A stretch of DNA of 63,936 nucleotides, counting the filler, from Trichomonas gallinae (lineage: Eukaryota), in the NCBI GenBank assembly GCA_008369845.1. It is 5 parts of 5 records of this genome, joined end to end, with 100 filler letters (N's around TTAATTAATTAA, not from the genome) between each part and the next. Parts side by side here need not be neighbours in the genome. Positions count along the whole stretch, not along the records: positions 50,666 to 62,194 come from MRSU01000833.1; positions 62,295 to 63,936 come from MRSU01000847.1; 3 more parts are not named here. One strand, written 5' to 3'. The position numbers and the translations under genes are program-made. Below, one piece after another: positions 51,720-63,054 of the stretch. The notes under the pieces were generated by a model. That model searched no databases. It saw only the letters and a program-made list of their open reading frames with translations, and was not told the DNA's origin. Position 1 is the first letter of the stretch. Each line of letters starts with the position of its first letter.

Positions 51720-52265
51720 TTACATGTTACTGATAGCATTTTCCCATGGAATACTGTGATCAAGGTCTTTAACTTCTTCGAATTTATATATTATTTGATT
51801 AGAGTTGATTTCGTAGGATGCTTTAGCTGAAAATCCCATGTGTGTGAGTGCACCTAAGTAAACACCCTTGTAAAACTGGGCATATGCTTTGATCCATAAT
51901 TGTTGCTGTGGATTTGTTTGGCCATTTAAGCATGTAAACCACTTGGGGAGGTTAGCACCCTTAAATACAATCGTAAACAGTTGTTTATCTGCCTGTGGAT
52001 AAAATCCTGTTGGCTGATTTAAAACAACTGGAGATAACTTGTTTGCCAGGAACTTGGCGCAGTCTTCAATACTTGCGAAATCTTGTCCACTCTTGCACAT
52101 GAGACCAACAATTGCAAAACCTGGTTTCTTGCCAAGATTGAAAATGTGGGACTCGATTGGAGCGCTTTTTTCCTGGTTTCCTTCGAATGTCTTCTCGAAC
52201 TCGCGAATTGCCTCCGAAACAAGGAGATGTGATAATGTCACAGAATGCTCTGTCGAATGATCCAT
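51720..52265 (-). CDS. TRAPP complex Bet3-family subunit, Trs33/TRAPPC6-like
   Basis: 'IFNLG..PGF', 'DCAKFLANKL' and 'FYKGVYLGAL..MGF' pattern. Confidence 0.72.
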   Translation of the reverse strand: MDHSTEHSVTLSHLLVSEAIREFEKTFEGNQEKSAPIESHIFNLGKKPGFAIVGLMCKSGQDFASIEDCAKFLANKLSPVVLNQPTGFYPQADKQLFTIVFKGANLPKWFTCLNGQTNPQQQLWIKAYAQFYKGVYLGALTHMGFSAKASYEINSNQIIYKFEEVKDLDHSIPWENAISNM

Positions 52266-52941
52266 ATTTTTCTAGACTGTCACGTTTAATAAATATTTTG
52301 TAATGTAAAGTAATATTTGACATGTAATGTATAAAATTTACATTTCATTCACCAAAACTATATAAAGAAACTAGTATTGTCCACAAAATTACAAAAATAG
52401 TCGAAGAATTCGATTTATTCCTTATTTTGTACCTAATATATTGCGAATTTCTTCCTAAATCACACAAATCTTTTGGATATCGATTATGATATTTTAAAAA
52501 TAAGGAAAACGCTAAAGTTTTAAACTTGAATTTATTCATTTTGATTGGACTAAGTTATATTTACCTCATTACCAATTCAATAAAAAAAATATAAAATTTA
52601 ATTTGAAATACCCGCATATGAATGTTTGTGCATCAAATCTACTAGCCCATAAGTATTATAATTGAATTCAATATCAAATAATTCTCTGGAATTAAATTTG
52701 ATCAATGATAAATATTTCTTTCTATTCATTTGTCTCATAATTTTTAGATATACTTCTGGATAATAAAGCAATTTGTAAAATAACATAATAACAACACTCA
52801 TAAAAAAAAAATTGAAATTATTTTCTTGATCCAGACAAGCATAAAACTATATAATTTGGTTGATGGTAGAAATACAGTTCATTTTTTAGTAAAAACTGAT
52901 GAAAAAGTAAAAAATGGTGAAAAATAATATAAAATACAGGG

Positions 52942-54687
52942 TTAAATATCTTCTTTGTTGAGATACTCGTCATCTTCTCCCTGTTCCATGTCATCTGATA
53001 TTCCATCAACGATCGTGTGTCCTTCTCTCATATGATAATGAGTTCTTGTCATGTTGGCGATTTCACGCTCCTTTGACTTCAGGGTTTCATTCTCCTCTTC
53101 TTCTTCTGATAGATTCAAATCAGCAGATCTCTTCTTTCTCCAAAGGAAGAGACCTAATATCGCAAGAGCGCACAACGCTGCACCAATTATACATGCCATA
53201 ATAATGAGCGTCTTTGAATCGAATATTTCGTGATTTTCTACGTTTTCTGGCTCTGATGGATATATAATAACTATAGATTCTGTTAAAGATACAATTGTTG
53301 TTGTTAGATATAAGACTACAGTCGTTTGCTTGAATGTGTATGTTGTTGATTTTTGGAGCGTCGTGATTGTCAGAATTGTTTCGTTAAATACTGTTGTTGT
53401 TTCGACGACAATAAATGTTTCGACTAAAGTAAGAGTCGTTGATGCATTTGGTGGAATTGTTGCGAATGGTGTTCGTGGTGGATCTGTTGGAAAAGAGTGT
53501 TTTGTGGGCGTCTTGAAAGTTCTATATTGAAGCTCAAAGCTGTGATCGTAATGTTTTGGTGGCCATTTAATTAGTGGTGAGAATGGTTTTGATTGGACAG
53601 TTCCTTGAGGTGTGTATGGAGTAGGTGATGGGTAAGGAGCTGCATTGCCTGGAGTTGTCCAAGTGACGTTGTGTCTGTTCATTCCACTGGCTTCTCCAGC
53701 TGGAATGTCTTGGCAAGTTTCGTTTGCAGGATTTCCATTGATAATTATTAAATTTTCATGATTGTACACGAAATAGTTTGTTATACAATCATCGCTTGTA
53801 AACCAGTAATCAACATCTGCGAGCATTAAAGATGCGCCATATGTTCCTTGTCTGATGTTTTTATGATTTAAATCAAGCATTGTTCTTCGCGGATCGATTT
53901 GCCTGTTATACAAAAATTTGCAGCTTTGCGTCATAAGTTTTCCATTGAAAACAGCAAGACCTCCGCATGCTCTTTCATGGTACTGTACGGTGAATGTATT
54001 GTATTTAGAATAGTTCAGTTTTCTATCCTTAAATTGTATGGTTGTCAAATTACCGGCTTCATTTTCTATGAAAGTGCAATTATAGAAAAATGGTTGTAAG
54101 ACATTGTTTCCTCGAATAATAGCGCCGCCACCTGTCTGAGCTGCAATGTTGTTCTTGAAAACGACGGACTCTAGAAACATATCATTATAATTTTCAAGAT
54201 ACATTCCACCGCCTGTTTGATGTGCGACATTATTTTCTATCAGGGAATCAGAAAGCAGAATTTCTGCATCAATGCCTCTTGAATTGAGATAGAAGCCTCC
54301 GCCGTGTTTGAAAGCAACATTATCGGTAATTGTTAAATTACTCAAGTAAACCTTAGATCTGATTAACGCAAGAGCACCACCATATTCAGCAATATTTTTT
54401 CTAAAAATGCAGCCGGTCATTTCGACGGAACTCAAAAATGCGTAATATGCTCCGCCTATGCCCACCAAGGGGTAAGCTAAGAATGCAGTATTATTTTCGA
54501 ATACAGTATCTCGTATATGTACTTGGCTGCTGATCTCCTTTCGTTCATAATGTTGAACAAAATTATCAAATATAAAAGGTTCTTCATTAAAATCGATATA
54601 ATCGAGAACAATGTCGTTTGGATTTTTCTTGACGAATTCTGGTTCGGTATTATATATATAAAAAACAAGAAAGAGAAAAGAAAGCAT
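52942..54687 (-). CDS. Polymorphic membrane protein (Pmp)-like surface protein 1
   Basis: Signal peptide, repeated FxxN and GGA/GGG motifs, P/T-rich stalk, TM, acidic tail ending EYLNKEDI. M2 motif just upstream. Confidence 0.88.
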   Translation of the reverse strand: MLSFLFLVFYIYNTEPEFVKKNPNDIVLDYIDFNEEPFIFDNFVQHYERKEISSQVHIRDTVFENNTAFLAYPLVGIGGAYYAFLSSVEMTGCIFRKNIAEYGGALALIRSKVYLSNLTITDNVAFKHGGGFYLNSRGIDAEILLSDSLIENNVAHQTGGGMYLENYNDMFLESVVFKNNIAAQTGGGAIIRGNNVLQPFFYNCTFIENEAGNLTTIQFKDRKLNYSKYNTFTVQYHERACGGLAVFNGKLMTQSCKFLYNRQIDPRRTMLDLNHKNIRQGTYGASLMLADVDYWFTSDDCITNYFVYNHENLIIINGNPANETCQDIPAGEASGMNRHNVTWTTPGNAAPYPSPTPYTPQGTVQSKPFSPLIKWPPKHYDHSFELQYRTFKTPTKHSFPTDPPRTPFATIPPNASTTLTLVETFIVVETTTVFNETILTITTLQKSTTYTFKQTTVVLYLTTTIVSLTESIVIIYPSEPENVENHEIFDSKTLIIMACIIGAALCALAILGLFLWRKKRSADLNLSEEEEENETLKSKEREIANMTRTHYHMREGHTIVDGISDDMEQGEDDEYLNKEDI

Positions 54688-56043
54688 GAAAATAGTCACT
54701 TTTCATTTAAAAATGGTGTTATTTTAATATACATGGATAATACAGTAATAGTAAAATAGTAACGACATTTTTTAATTCAAATTTGTTAAAATATAATTTG
54801 ATATAAAGTTCGTGAAAAGAAAGACAATGTTCATTGGATTAATATTTAATGATAATTTTTTTCCATAATTCATTGAAAATAGAATAACTTTTGAGAGAAT
54901 AAAAATTAAATCTTTATTTTAGGCGGTAATATTACTATATTTATTGCATTGTTTTCAAATAAAAATTTTTTTTAGGAATCGAAAAAATTTGTAGTTTATT
55001 TAGCAATAAAATATGTAATTGCTGCAAAATATTGACAAAAATCAAGAATATTTCTCTAATTGAAAATTGTGTGAACGATTATTTTTAATTCAAAATTTAA
55101 AAGAATGTGAAAGTAGAAATAATTGGTATAATTATAGTCTACCAATAGTAAAGATCATTATATCAAGGCTAAATCAATCTGATTTTTTCAGTCTTGACGA
55201 TAATTTGAATGGGTGTACAAGATCTTCATAAAATTCAAACTTTCTTTCGATAAATTTCTTAGATGCTTCTTCAATATATTTTGAAACTGATGAGAATTTA
55301 ATTTAAAAAAAAATATAAAGATTTTACTCATGTTATCGACCCTACAGTCTACGATTCTCATTTGGTTGGATATAATGATTCTGTTTATTTTTAAATTTTC
55401 CTTGACAATGATGATCTGAGATTTTTCGTAATACGAATATAAACCCATAATGTATTGGAATATATTATTGTGTTGAATGCATGTTAAATAACATCGAGTA
55501 CTGATGAAGATCCTTTAAAAAACAATAGAATGATTAAATCTCGATTTTGGAACTTCGTAATAATATATTATAAATCCTGATATTCTTAATTAATGAAATA
55601 TAGCATGATTTGTCTCAGATATCTTAAAAATAAAAAATATTGATTTTATTTGAAAGATATTAAAATAAACATAATCTTAATTAGGACACTTTCAATATAT
55701 CGACATATATAACTTTAATCACCAATCTTATCAAATTTTCATGAAATTAAATTTGGCTCTTCAATTAACTTTATGCTGATATATTCGATTTGATAATGAA
55801 CAAATTGTGCTTTTAATAAGAAATATTTGAAATATTTTTTGATATAAATACTTCGTGAAAACATAAGATATTTTGCTCGAGATTTGGTTAAATTTATGAT
55901 AGTAAACTTTTTGGGATTAATATCAAATTAAAATAAATTATTGCAAATTCAGCTTTCTCTATATACATATCGAAAAACATATATATACTTAAGGGCATTA
56001 CAATGAAATTTTAGTGATGATTAACATAAAAAATTGATGAAAA

Positions 56044-57825
56044 TTAGAAATCTTTTGTGAGGTACTCAGCATCTTCTTGGTTCAATTCTCCATCTTCTGG
56101 TGCAAGACCATCGTCGCCTTCAACAATTGTCTTCGCGTAATTCTCGTTTGTCGGTTCAACTTCATTCTCATTTGTTTCTTCTGATTCCGTATATAATTCG
56201 TCGCTAAGATCTTTGTTCTTAACCCTTCTAAAGAGGAATAACCCTATAATAGCAAGTGCTGTAATCGTTGCACATGATATAGTAGCAATGATGATTAAAG
56301 TTGCTGCATTAAAGATATCTCCTTTTTCTTGATCGTTCTTAGGTTCTTCTGGAATTATGATGACATCTTCTGTTTGGATAATGATCTGAGTTGTAACGTA
56401 AATTAAAATCTGCGTCTCTGAATACTGTAATGTTGATGAATTTGATTTAGTGAAATTGTCCACAACTTCAGTAATAATGTATGTTAAAACAGATGTGTTG
56501 TGATTGATAAGTGTATAAGTTTCAACTGTTTTGTTAGTTAATACAAAGCTTGATATATAACCTTCTGGAACTGAAATTGTTGTTGTTGGAGATGGTGGAA
56601 TTACAGGTGTTTTAGCCTCCTGTTTTATTGATGGTGGTCTAGATATTGTTGGAGTGAATGTCATAATATGTGTGGCAGCAGTGATCGCTTTTGATCTCGT
56701 TAAAATAATAGGTGCTGCATGATATGTAAATTGTGTTGGTGAAGGAACGCTTGAAACTTTGTTTTTTGTATTATGGCTAGGAGCTAGACCAGGAATCTGA
56801 TAAAAATTAGGTATATCACTGCAGTCATTTTGACTCTCGCTTCTGTGTATAACAATTTGTGGTCTGGTTTTCTTGGAATTGTATGCCAAATAATCAGGCA
56901 CACAGTCATGAAATGAATTCCAATTGTTGACGTTAGAAAGCATCATTGAAACTCCTGATATGCCTTGCAATGTATCTCTGACATCTAAAACTAACCTTCT
57001 GCCGTCAAATTGTGTATTATTATTGAATTTACAATTTGTTGTGAAAAGGCTGCCGAAAATCATTGCCAAGCCAGCACAGCCTCTTCCTTCGAAATCAATA
57101 CGTCGATTTATTTGTTCTGGTTCATATTTTTCGGTAATGCTTTTGAGTTTAGATGCTTTGCCTGCAAAATTACTTTCGAATTTGCAGTAGGAAAAAAACG
57201 GTTGGAAATTATCGTTATCGTCTTCTGATCGAAGCATAACCGCTCCGCCGTTGTGGCCTGCTCCGTTGTTGGAAAACTCACATTTGTGAACGTATAAGTC
57301 TCTGATGATTCCTATATATATTGCTCCACCTGTTTGTGAAGCAACGTTAAATTTGAAATTTGTGTTAACTATAAAAGTTATGCCTGATTCTTTTACCCCA
57401 TTGCAGTATAATGCTCCACCATTTAAAAATGCATTATTATTTTCAAAGGATGTGTTGCCACCTTTTCCATCATCTTCATGGATGTAAATATTGGTTTTTA
57501 AGGTAGATACTGCACCTCCACATGCAGCTACATTATTGTTAAATGCGCAACCTGATATATCGCATTGGCATTGGTATAAGAATAATGATCCACCCCATCC
57601 TGACGTTAGAAGGCTACCAAATCCTGTATTATTATTGAATATACAATATATGATGTGAAGGCAGGATGATAAATAACTGGTTTGATTGTTTGAAGTAAAC
57701 AATAAACCTGAGAACTCGGTATGAGTATATTGATTTGGTAGCTCAATATCTGTGTCATTTATATTTGTTTTGAATTCTGGATGGTTTACCAAGCAGAGAG
57801 AATGCTGGTATAAAAGAAAAATCAT
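56044..57825 (-). CDS. Polymorphic membrane protein (Pmp)-like surface protein 2 (tandem paralogue)
   Basis: FxxN plus GGAV/GGAL/GGAI repeats, P/T stalk, TM, acidic tail ending EYLTKDF. Confidence 0.9.
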   Translation of the reverse strand: MIFLLYQHSLCLVNHPEFKTNINDTDIELPNQYTHTEFSGLLFTSNNQTSYLSSCLHIIYCIFNNNTGFGSLLTSGWGGSLFLYQCQCDISGCAFNNNVAACGGAVSTLKTNIYIHEDDGKGGNTSFENNNAFLNGGALYCNGVKESGITFIVNTNFKFNVASQTGGAIYIGIIRDLYVHKCEFSNNGAGHNGGAVMLRSEDDNDNFQPFFSYCKFESNFAGKASKLKSITEKYEPEQINRRIDFEGRGCAGLAMIFGSLFTTNCKFNNNTQFDGRRLVLDVRDTLQGISGVSMMLSNVNNWNSFHDCVPDYLAYNSKKTRPQIVIHRSESQNDCSDIPNFYQIPGLAPSHNTKNKVSSVPSPTQFTYHAAPIILTRSKAITAATHIMTFTPTISRPPSIKQEAKTPVIPPSPTTTISVPEGYISSFVLTNKTVETYTLINHNTSVLTYIITEVVDNFTKSNSSTLQYSETQILIYVTTQIIIQTEDVIIIPEEPKNDQEKGDIFNAATLIIIATISCATITALAIIGLFLFRRVKNKDLSDELYTESEETNENEVEPTNENYAKTIVEGDDGLAPEDGELNQEDAEYLTKDF

Positions 57826-58331
57826 TTTGAGATATTTGAATATAACCGTGAGAAATTCAATAAATACGAAAATTTTATTGTTTCTTTACGGGAAATATCC
57901 TTAATTTTAGTGTTTTTCGAGCTCTTATTGTCGGCTAGTCATAATTCTTCCGTGAAATCAGAGTATGCACGGTACGATGTGAAATCAAAAAAAAATATTA
58001 AAAAATGCATAGTTGTGAAATTTCATTTTGGAATTTACAACATTTGATCATTTTGCAGTTTGATTCAATTTTGAATGCACCTTGAAACAGGTTACCACAA
58101 TTTCATTATGTATTCACACTCTATGTGGTTTGCGTCACTTGATGTAAATTTAAATTTATGTGGCATATTTGAAAAGAATTTAAGATCGCATAAACCAAGC
58201 TTATATTCTTTAATAATATGAGTGTTATAGGGATGCAAATATAGATGCCTAACGTCCTCGCTATCGTCGTCCTCACGGGAATTCAAATCGCTAATACATT
58301 TGAATATATTAGTATATGTACTAAATATATA

Positions 58332-58383
58332 AAAAATATACGCCACTTTTTGAGCTTCGCTCAAAAAGTGGCTGTATATTTTT
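58332..58383. repeat. Long inverted repeat/hairpin with GCGAAGC cap on the minus strand
   Basis: AAAAATATAC-GCCACTTTTTGAGC-TTC-GCTCAAAAAGTGGC-T-GTATATTTTT: a perfect 14-bp stem plus 10 bp after a 1-nt bulge. Confidence 0.9.
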
Positions 58384-58953
58384 ATTCTTGGACCTTCAAT
58401 TTTGGAACATTTTAAGCAACTTTTATTCATGATATAATTATAACTGTTTCAATTCAAAATTGAATGATCAAGAATATATATATATATTATTTTCGGAAGA
58501 TATTCTGGAAATTTCCCAAATAACCTTTTATTGATTTACATTTTTGACAAATAAAATATTTACTAGGCAAAAAGAGTGCCAAACAATATTGTCACTTTTC
58601 TTTCATCTATTCACATGTCAAATCGTCATGGAATGATTTTTTTTCAATGGATTATGCGTATTATTGAGTTTTGATTCAGCCATTACGAAATCGATAAAAT
58701 AGAAACTAAGTCATAGGTATGTATTAACAATGAAATTAAATACTCACAAAATAAAATTAGTTAACACTAAAATTTCTTTGTTATTCGAAAAACTGCAGTG
58801 TAACGTTTAGAAAGCTATGAATAAGTTTTGTTTCGTACTATTAATATCTAGAACTAATTCGAATTTACATGAATATTAAATAAAGTAAATATTTAGCGAT
58901 AAATGTAGTGTAAATAGTGTATATCTCTAAAGATATTCTGTCATTGCTAAGAT

Positions 58954-59211
58954 TCATAGTTGTACTAGTTCTTTTTGCTCCAAAATTTCGTCTTGTTTTG
59001 GGATAAATGGTGTAGACACGTCTAAACGTGGAAGATTGTTTGATTGAACGAATTCATCTTTAAAGCAAAAGCTTGGATTCGGAATTGTCTTTGATTTCAA
59101 TTTTGGTGATTCTTGAATATGAAATACTGGCATTGTAACTTCAATAGCTTTCAGAGTTGGATTTTTGCTGGGTATAGAAGGGCTACTTTGTTGAGAAAGC
59201 CCGTTTTCCAT
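58954..59211 (-). CDS. Small P/S-rich hypothetical protein
   Basis: 85-aa ORF, AAAACG-ATG start context, divergent from 59552. Confidence 0.5.
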   Translation of the reverse strand: MENGLSQQSSPSIPSKNPTLKAIEVTMPVFHIQESPKLKSKTIPNPSFCFKDEFVQSNNLPRLDVSTPFIPKQDEILEQKELVQL

Positions 59212-59551
59212 CGTTTTTAAAAAAATCTACTTACAACATCATTAAAAATTGACATAAAAATATTTATAATAAAAAATGAAAATATTTCGATTTTTATTTT
59301 TTCTCAATAATAAATTGCAATTAAGCATAAAAAACATTACTATTACATGGAATATTAGATTATAATTGATATAGTGAAATAAAATTAGTACATTATAATA
59401 TTGAAATTAGGAAATCTAAATCAAAAAAGTTTAATTTTTATTGATTTAGAATAACAATTCAATAAGAAAACTAAATACGGCAACGTTTGGAAATTGAAAT
59501 ATTTACATTTAGTAAACATCGATTTTTAGACGTTATTTTAGAAATCCATTA

Positions 59552-60478
59552 ATGTCTAACTTACCTTCGATGAAAACGATGAATCTCGGCCGCACAGCCT
59601 ATCTCAAGGAGGCTACTAATGCTAAGGATCCGCCTGTAACAACGATTAACGATCTTCCCGACTATATTTCATTATTTAAATCAAAACGCGACAAGCAAAT
59701 ATGCTTAAACAAGTACGACAAAGCAGAACAAACAAGACTGATGATGGAAAAGTTCTCCAGAAGGGCTCAAACAGCTCTTTACACTAGAAGATGTCAATCT
59801 CAAATTTCAGATCTCGATTTTAGACTTACAAGCACACAAGAAAACGAAGAACAATTCAACCACGAAAGCCAATCATTAATAAATTCATTCGAAGAATACG
59901 CAGAAAATAAATTAAATAAATTAAAAGATAGACATGCGAAAGAATTACAACAACATGATGATGACAGACCAAATGATCTACCTGCGAAATACAGAAAACG
60001 TTCGCCAGAACTAATCCAGCTTTATCAGCTGGAAAGAAAATTATCCATTGAAAATAGAATGGACCAAGTCGCGATTATTCGTGAGGAAATTAAGGCACGT
60101 GAAGAGAAGGAATCAAAGGAAGTCTTCAATCGTGCTGTTTCCGAGTGGGAAAACGAAAGACAGCAAATTTTGGAAAGACAGCGTAAAGAGCTCGAAGCGA
60201 TGACAAACCGAATCAACCTACATAGACAAGAAAGAACAGATGAAATTTCTCGTCAAAAAGAATCACTTCAGAAGAGAAAGAGAAATTTGAACGGCGAGAT
60301 CAATGGAATTCAAAAGAGAATGACAAAGACAACTCCACATGCTATGAGGAGGTCATTGTTCTTCGCAACAACACCTACAACAAGAACTGCAAATCTTGTA
60401 CCGAATATGAACAAAGATATTTATACACTTTCATCAACTCTCCCCAAGCGTTCACGCGAAATACTTTCAACAATGTAA
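59552..60478 (+). CDS. Coiled-coil hypothetical protein
   Basis: 308 aa, E/R/K/Q-rich heptads, central 'P.KYRK.SPELIQL...ERKL' block. Confidence 0.85.
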   Translation: MSNLPSMKTMNLGRTAYLKEATNAKDPPVTTINDLPDYISLFKSKRDKQICLNKYDKAEQTRLMMEKFSRRAQTALYTRRCQSQISDLDFRLTSTQENEEQFNHESQSLINSFEEYAENKLNKLKDRHAKELQQHDDDRPNDLPAKYRKRSPELIQLYQLERKLSIENRMDQVAIIREEIKAREEKESKEVFNRAVSEWENERQQILERQRKELEAMTNRINLHRQERTDEISRQKESLQKRKRNLNGEINGIQKRMTKTTPHAMRRSLFFATTPTTRTANLVPNMNKDIYTLSSTLPKRSREILSTM

Positions 60479-61256
60479 GTTCAAATAAATGTTTATTATT
60501 ATTTTCGATTTTTTTATCCTTAATTTAGCTTTTTTTCTCATATTGATACATAAAACTAACCTCATTCGACGCGATATACATCATAAATAGTCAAGATTTC
60601 CAATAAAACGCGTTGTTCAAAATTTTTGATAAAGATTTCTATTATATTAACCGTCTTTCACTAAATCTACATCATCATTAGGTATCTATGAATGCTATTA
60701 ACTGATATATATATAACTTGAAAACCGATTTCATAATATTTCCAATCTGTCTCGGTTAAAATGAATAGTTTCATGCCATGGAGATCAATATATGCATATA
60801 TGTCTAATCAAAAACACAAGCAAATACGCACGAACATTAATATTTCCTGGATGATGCGAAATAACGAGAAAAAGATCAACAGCATTTATAGCTTACAACG
60901 AAATATATTTATAAGTTCATCCAAAAGAATATTATTATCAAGGAAAAAGGCATCTTAAGTTTGGTTTTATTATTGTTCGATATGTCCGTGGATAACGGGC
61001 TTACGTGCTTAGACAATTATTATCGTATATGGTTTTATATTCATTTGCACAGCAATTGGCTGAATTTAAATGCCAAATAACTTCACACGGGGGATAAAAT
61101 ATCTGGAATTTCGAACATATGGAGACACTGAGTGGTGTTCTTCCGAAAAACTCAACTAGAATTTTTGGAATATCGCATTTATGTTGGATAATATATTTTA
61201 CAAAAATTTTATTAACACGGACAACATTTACTAAACACAAAAACTAATAAACAAGA

Positions 61257-61568
61257 TTAAATCTTTCGATTCATGTACTCCAAAACAGGTGGTGGCGATA
61301 TTGTTATTGGAAATTCTTTTGCTTCGGTGACATAATTAAGGGATATAGGGTTTTCTTTAATGGCTTTTCGTAATTCTGGGAAGTGGCTGCCAATCCAAAG
61401 GTATAATAAAGATTTTTTCTTTTTATATCTGCGCTCTATCGGTTTTTTGATATTATTTGAAAACAATTCCGCGATTTTTAATATAATGGCTGTATCTAAA
61501 TGGTCTCGAAAGTCATTTTTAATCCAGTTTTTAGCTGCATTGATTAAAAAATCACTCTCATTTTTCAT
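61257..61568 (-). CDS. Small basic helical protein of a trichomonad-type family, possibly nucleic-acid binding
   Basis: 'LKIAELFS....PIERRYKKKKSLLYLW' basic helix. ATG preceded by TGTCAAAA. Confidence 0.65.
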   Translation of the reverse strand: MKNESDFLINAAKNWIKNDFRDHLDTAIILKIAELFSNNIKKPIERRYKKKKSLLYLWIGSHFPELRKAIKENPISLNYVTEAKEFPITISPPPVLEYMNRKI

Positions 61569-61837
61569 TACGTATAATTTTTGACACTTTTCAAAACCTC
61601 AATGAATTTGGAAGAAGTATAAAAAGTGACAAACCAAAAACGTGACAAAACATGCATGCAGTAATAATTATATATCATGGTATTTACAAATTAAATATGA
61701 GATTTTGAAATCTTTACATTTGTCATTTTTAATTGACAGTTTTCTTCCGTTCGATTTTGTTGTTAGAGGAAATATTTTGTATACAGAAAATCTTATATTT
61801 TGAAAAAAAAAACGTATTTATTTTGACTTTCAATAAT

Positions 61838-61960
61838 TTTTACATGTCAAAAATTATTTACTGTCAAAATTTATAGTCAGAAATAATTTTAATGTCAAAA
61901 GTTTACATGTCAAAAGTTTCATGTCAAAAGTTTACAAGTCAAAAGTTTACAAGTCAAAAT
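61838..61960. repeat. Minisatellite, ~15-bp unit GTCAAAAGTTTACA(T/A), about 8 degenerate copies
   Basis: ...TGTCAAAAGTTTACATGTCAAAAGTTTCATGTCAAAAGTTTACAAGTCAAAAGTTTACAAGTCAAAA. Confidence 0.85.
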
Positions 61961-62194
61961 CAGCATTCATGAAAGTTTCTCATCAACAAAGCTGATTTTC
62001 AGAAACGCGTTAAAGTAACTATAGTCTCTACAGATGTTTTGAGTGCAAAAAATACATTAAGGAACTCATTTTATTGTTTTTTTTATGATCATGTAGAAAC
62101 ATGTAGAGTGGCAAGAAAAAAGGGCAGACAAAAATCACCTTAAATCTTTAATTGATAAAATGGAATCTATATCATATTATAATGCCATATACAT

Positions 62195-62294
62195 NNNNNN
62201 NNNNNNNNNNNNNNNNNNNNNNNNNNNNNNNNNNNNNNTTAATTAATTAANNNNNNNNNNNNNNNNNNNNNNNNNNNNNNNNNNNNNNNNNNNN
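62195..62294. other. Artificial contig spacer
   Basis: 44 N + TTAATTAATTAA + 44 N. Confidence 0.97.

Positions 62295-63054
<760 letters not shown>

Noticed and set aside
3742..52265. Apparent cluster of membrane-trafficking genes (GRAM-VASt, DHHC, TBC, BEACH, DENN, REEP, TRAPP)
   Set aside because: Spread over separate contigs, and these families are generally expanded in trichomonads; no evidence of a functional cluster.
61838..61960. Short repeat arrays (also 2537-2880 and 42902-43442) as CRISPR-like
   Set aside because: No unique spacers, no cas genes and a eukaryotic context; the 90-nt array is protein-coding.
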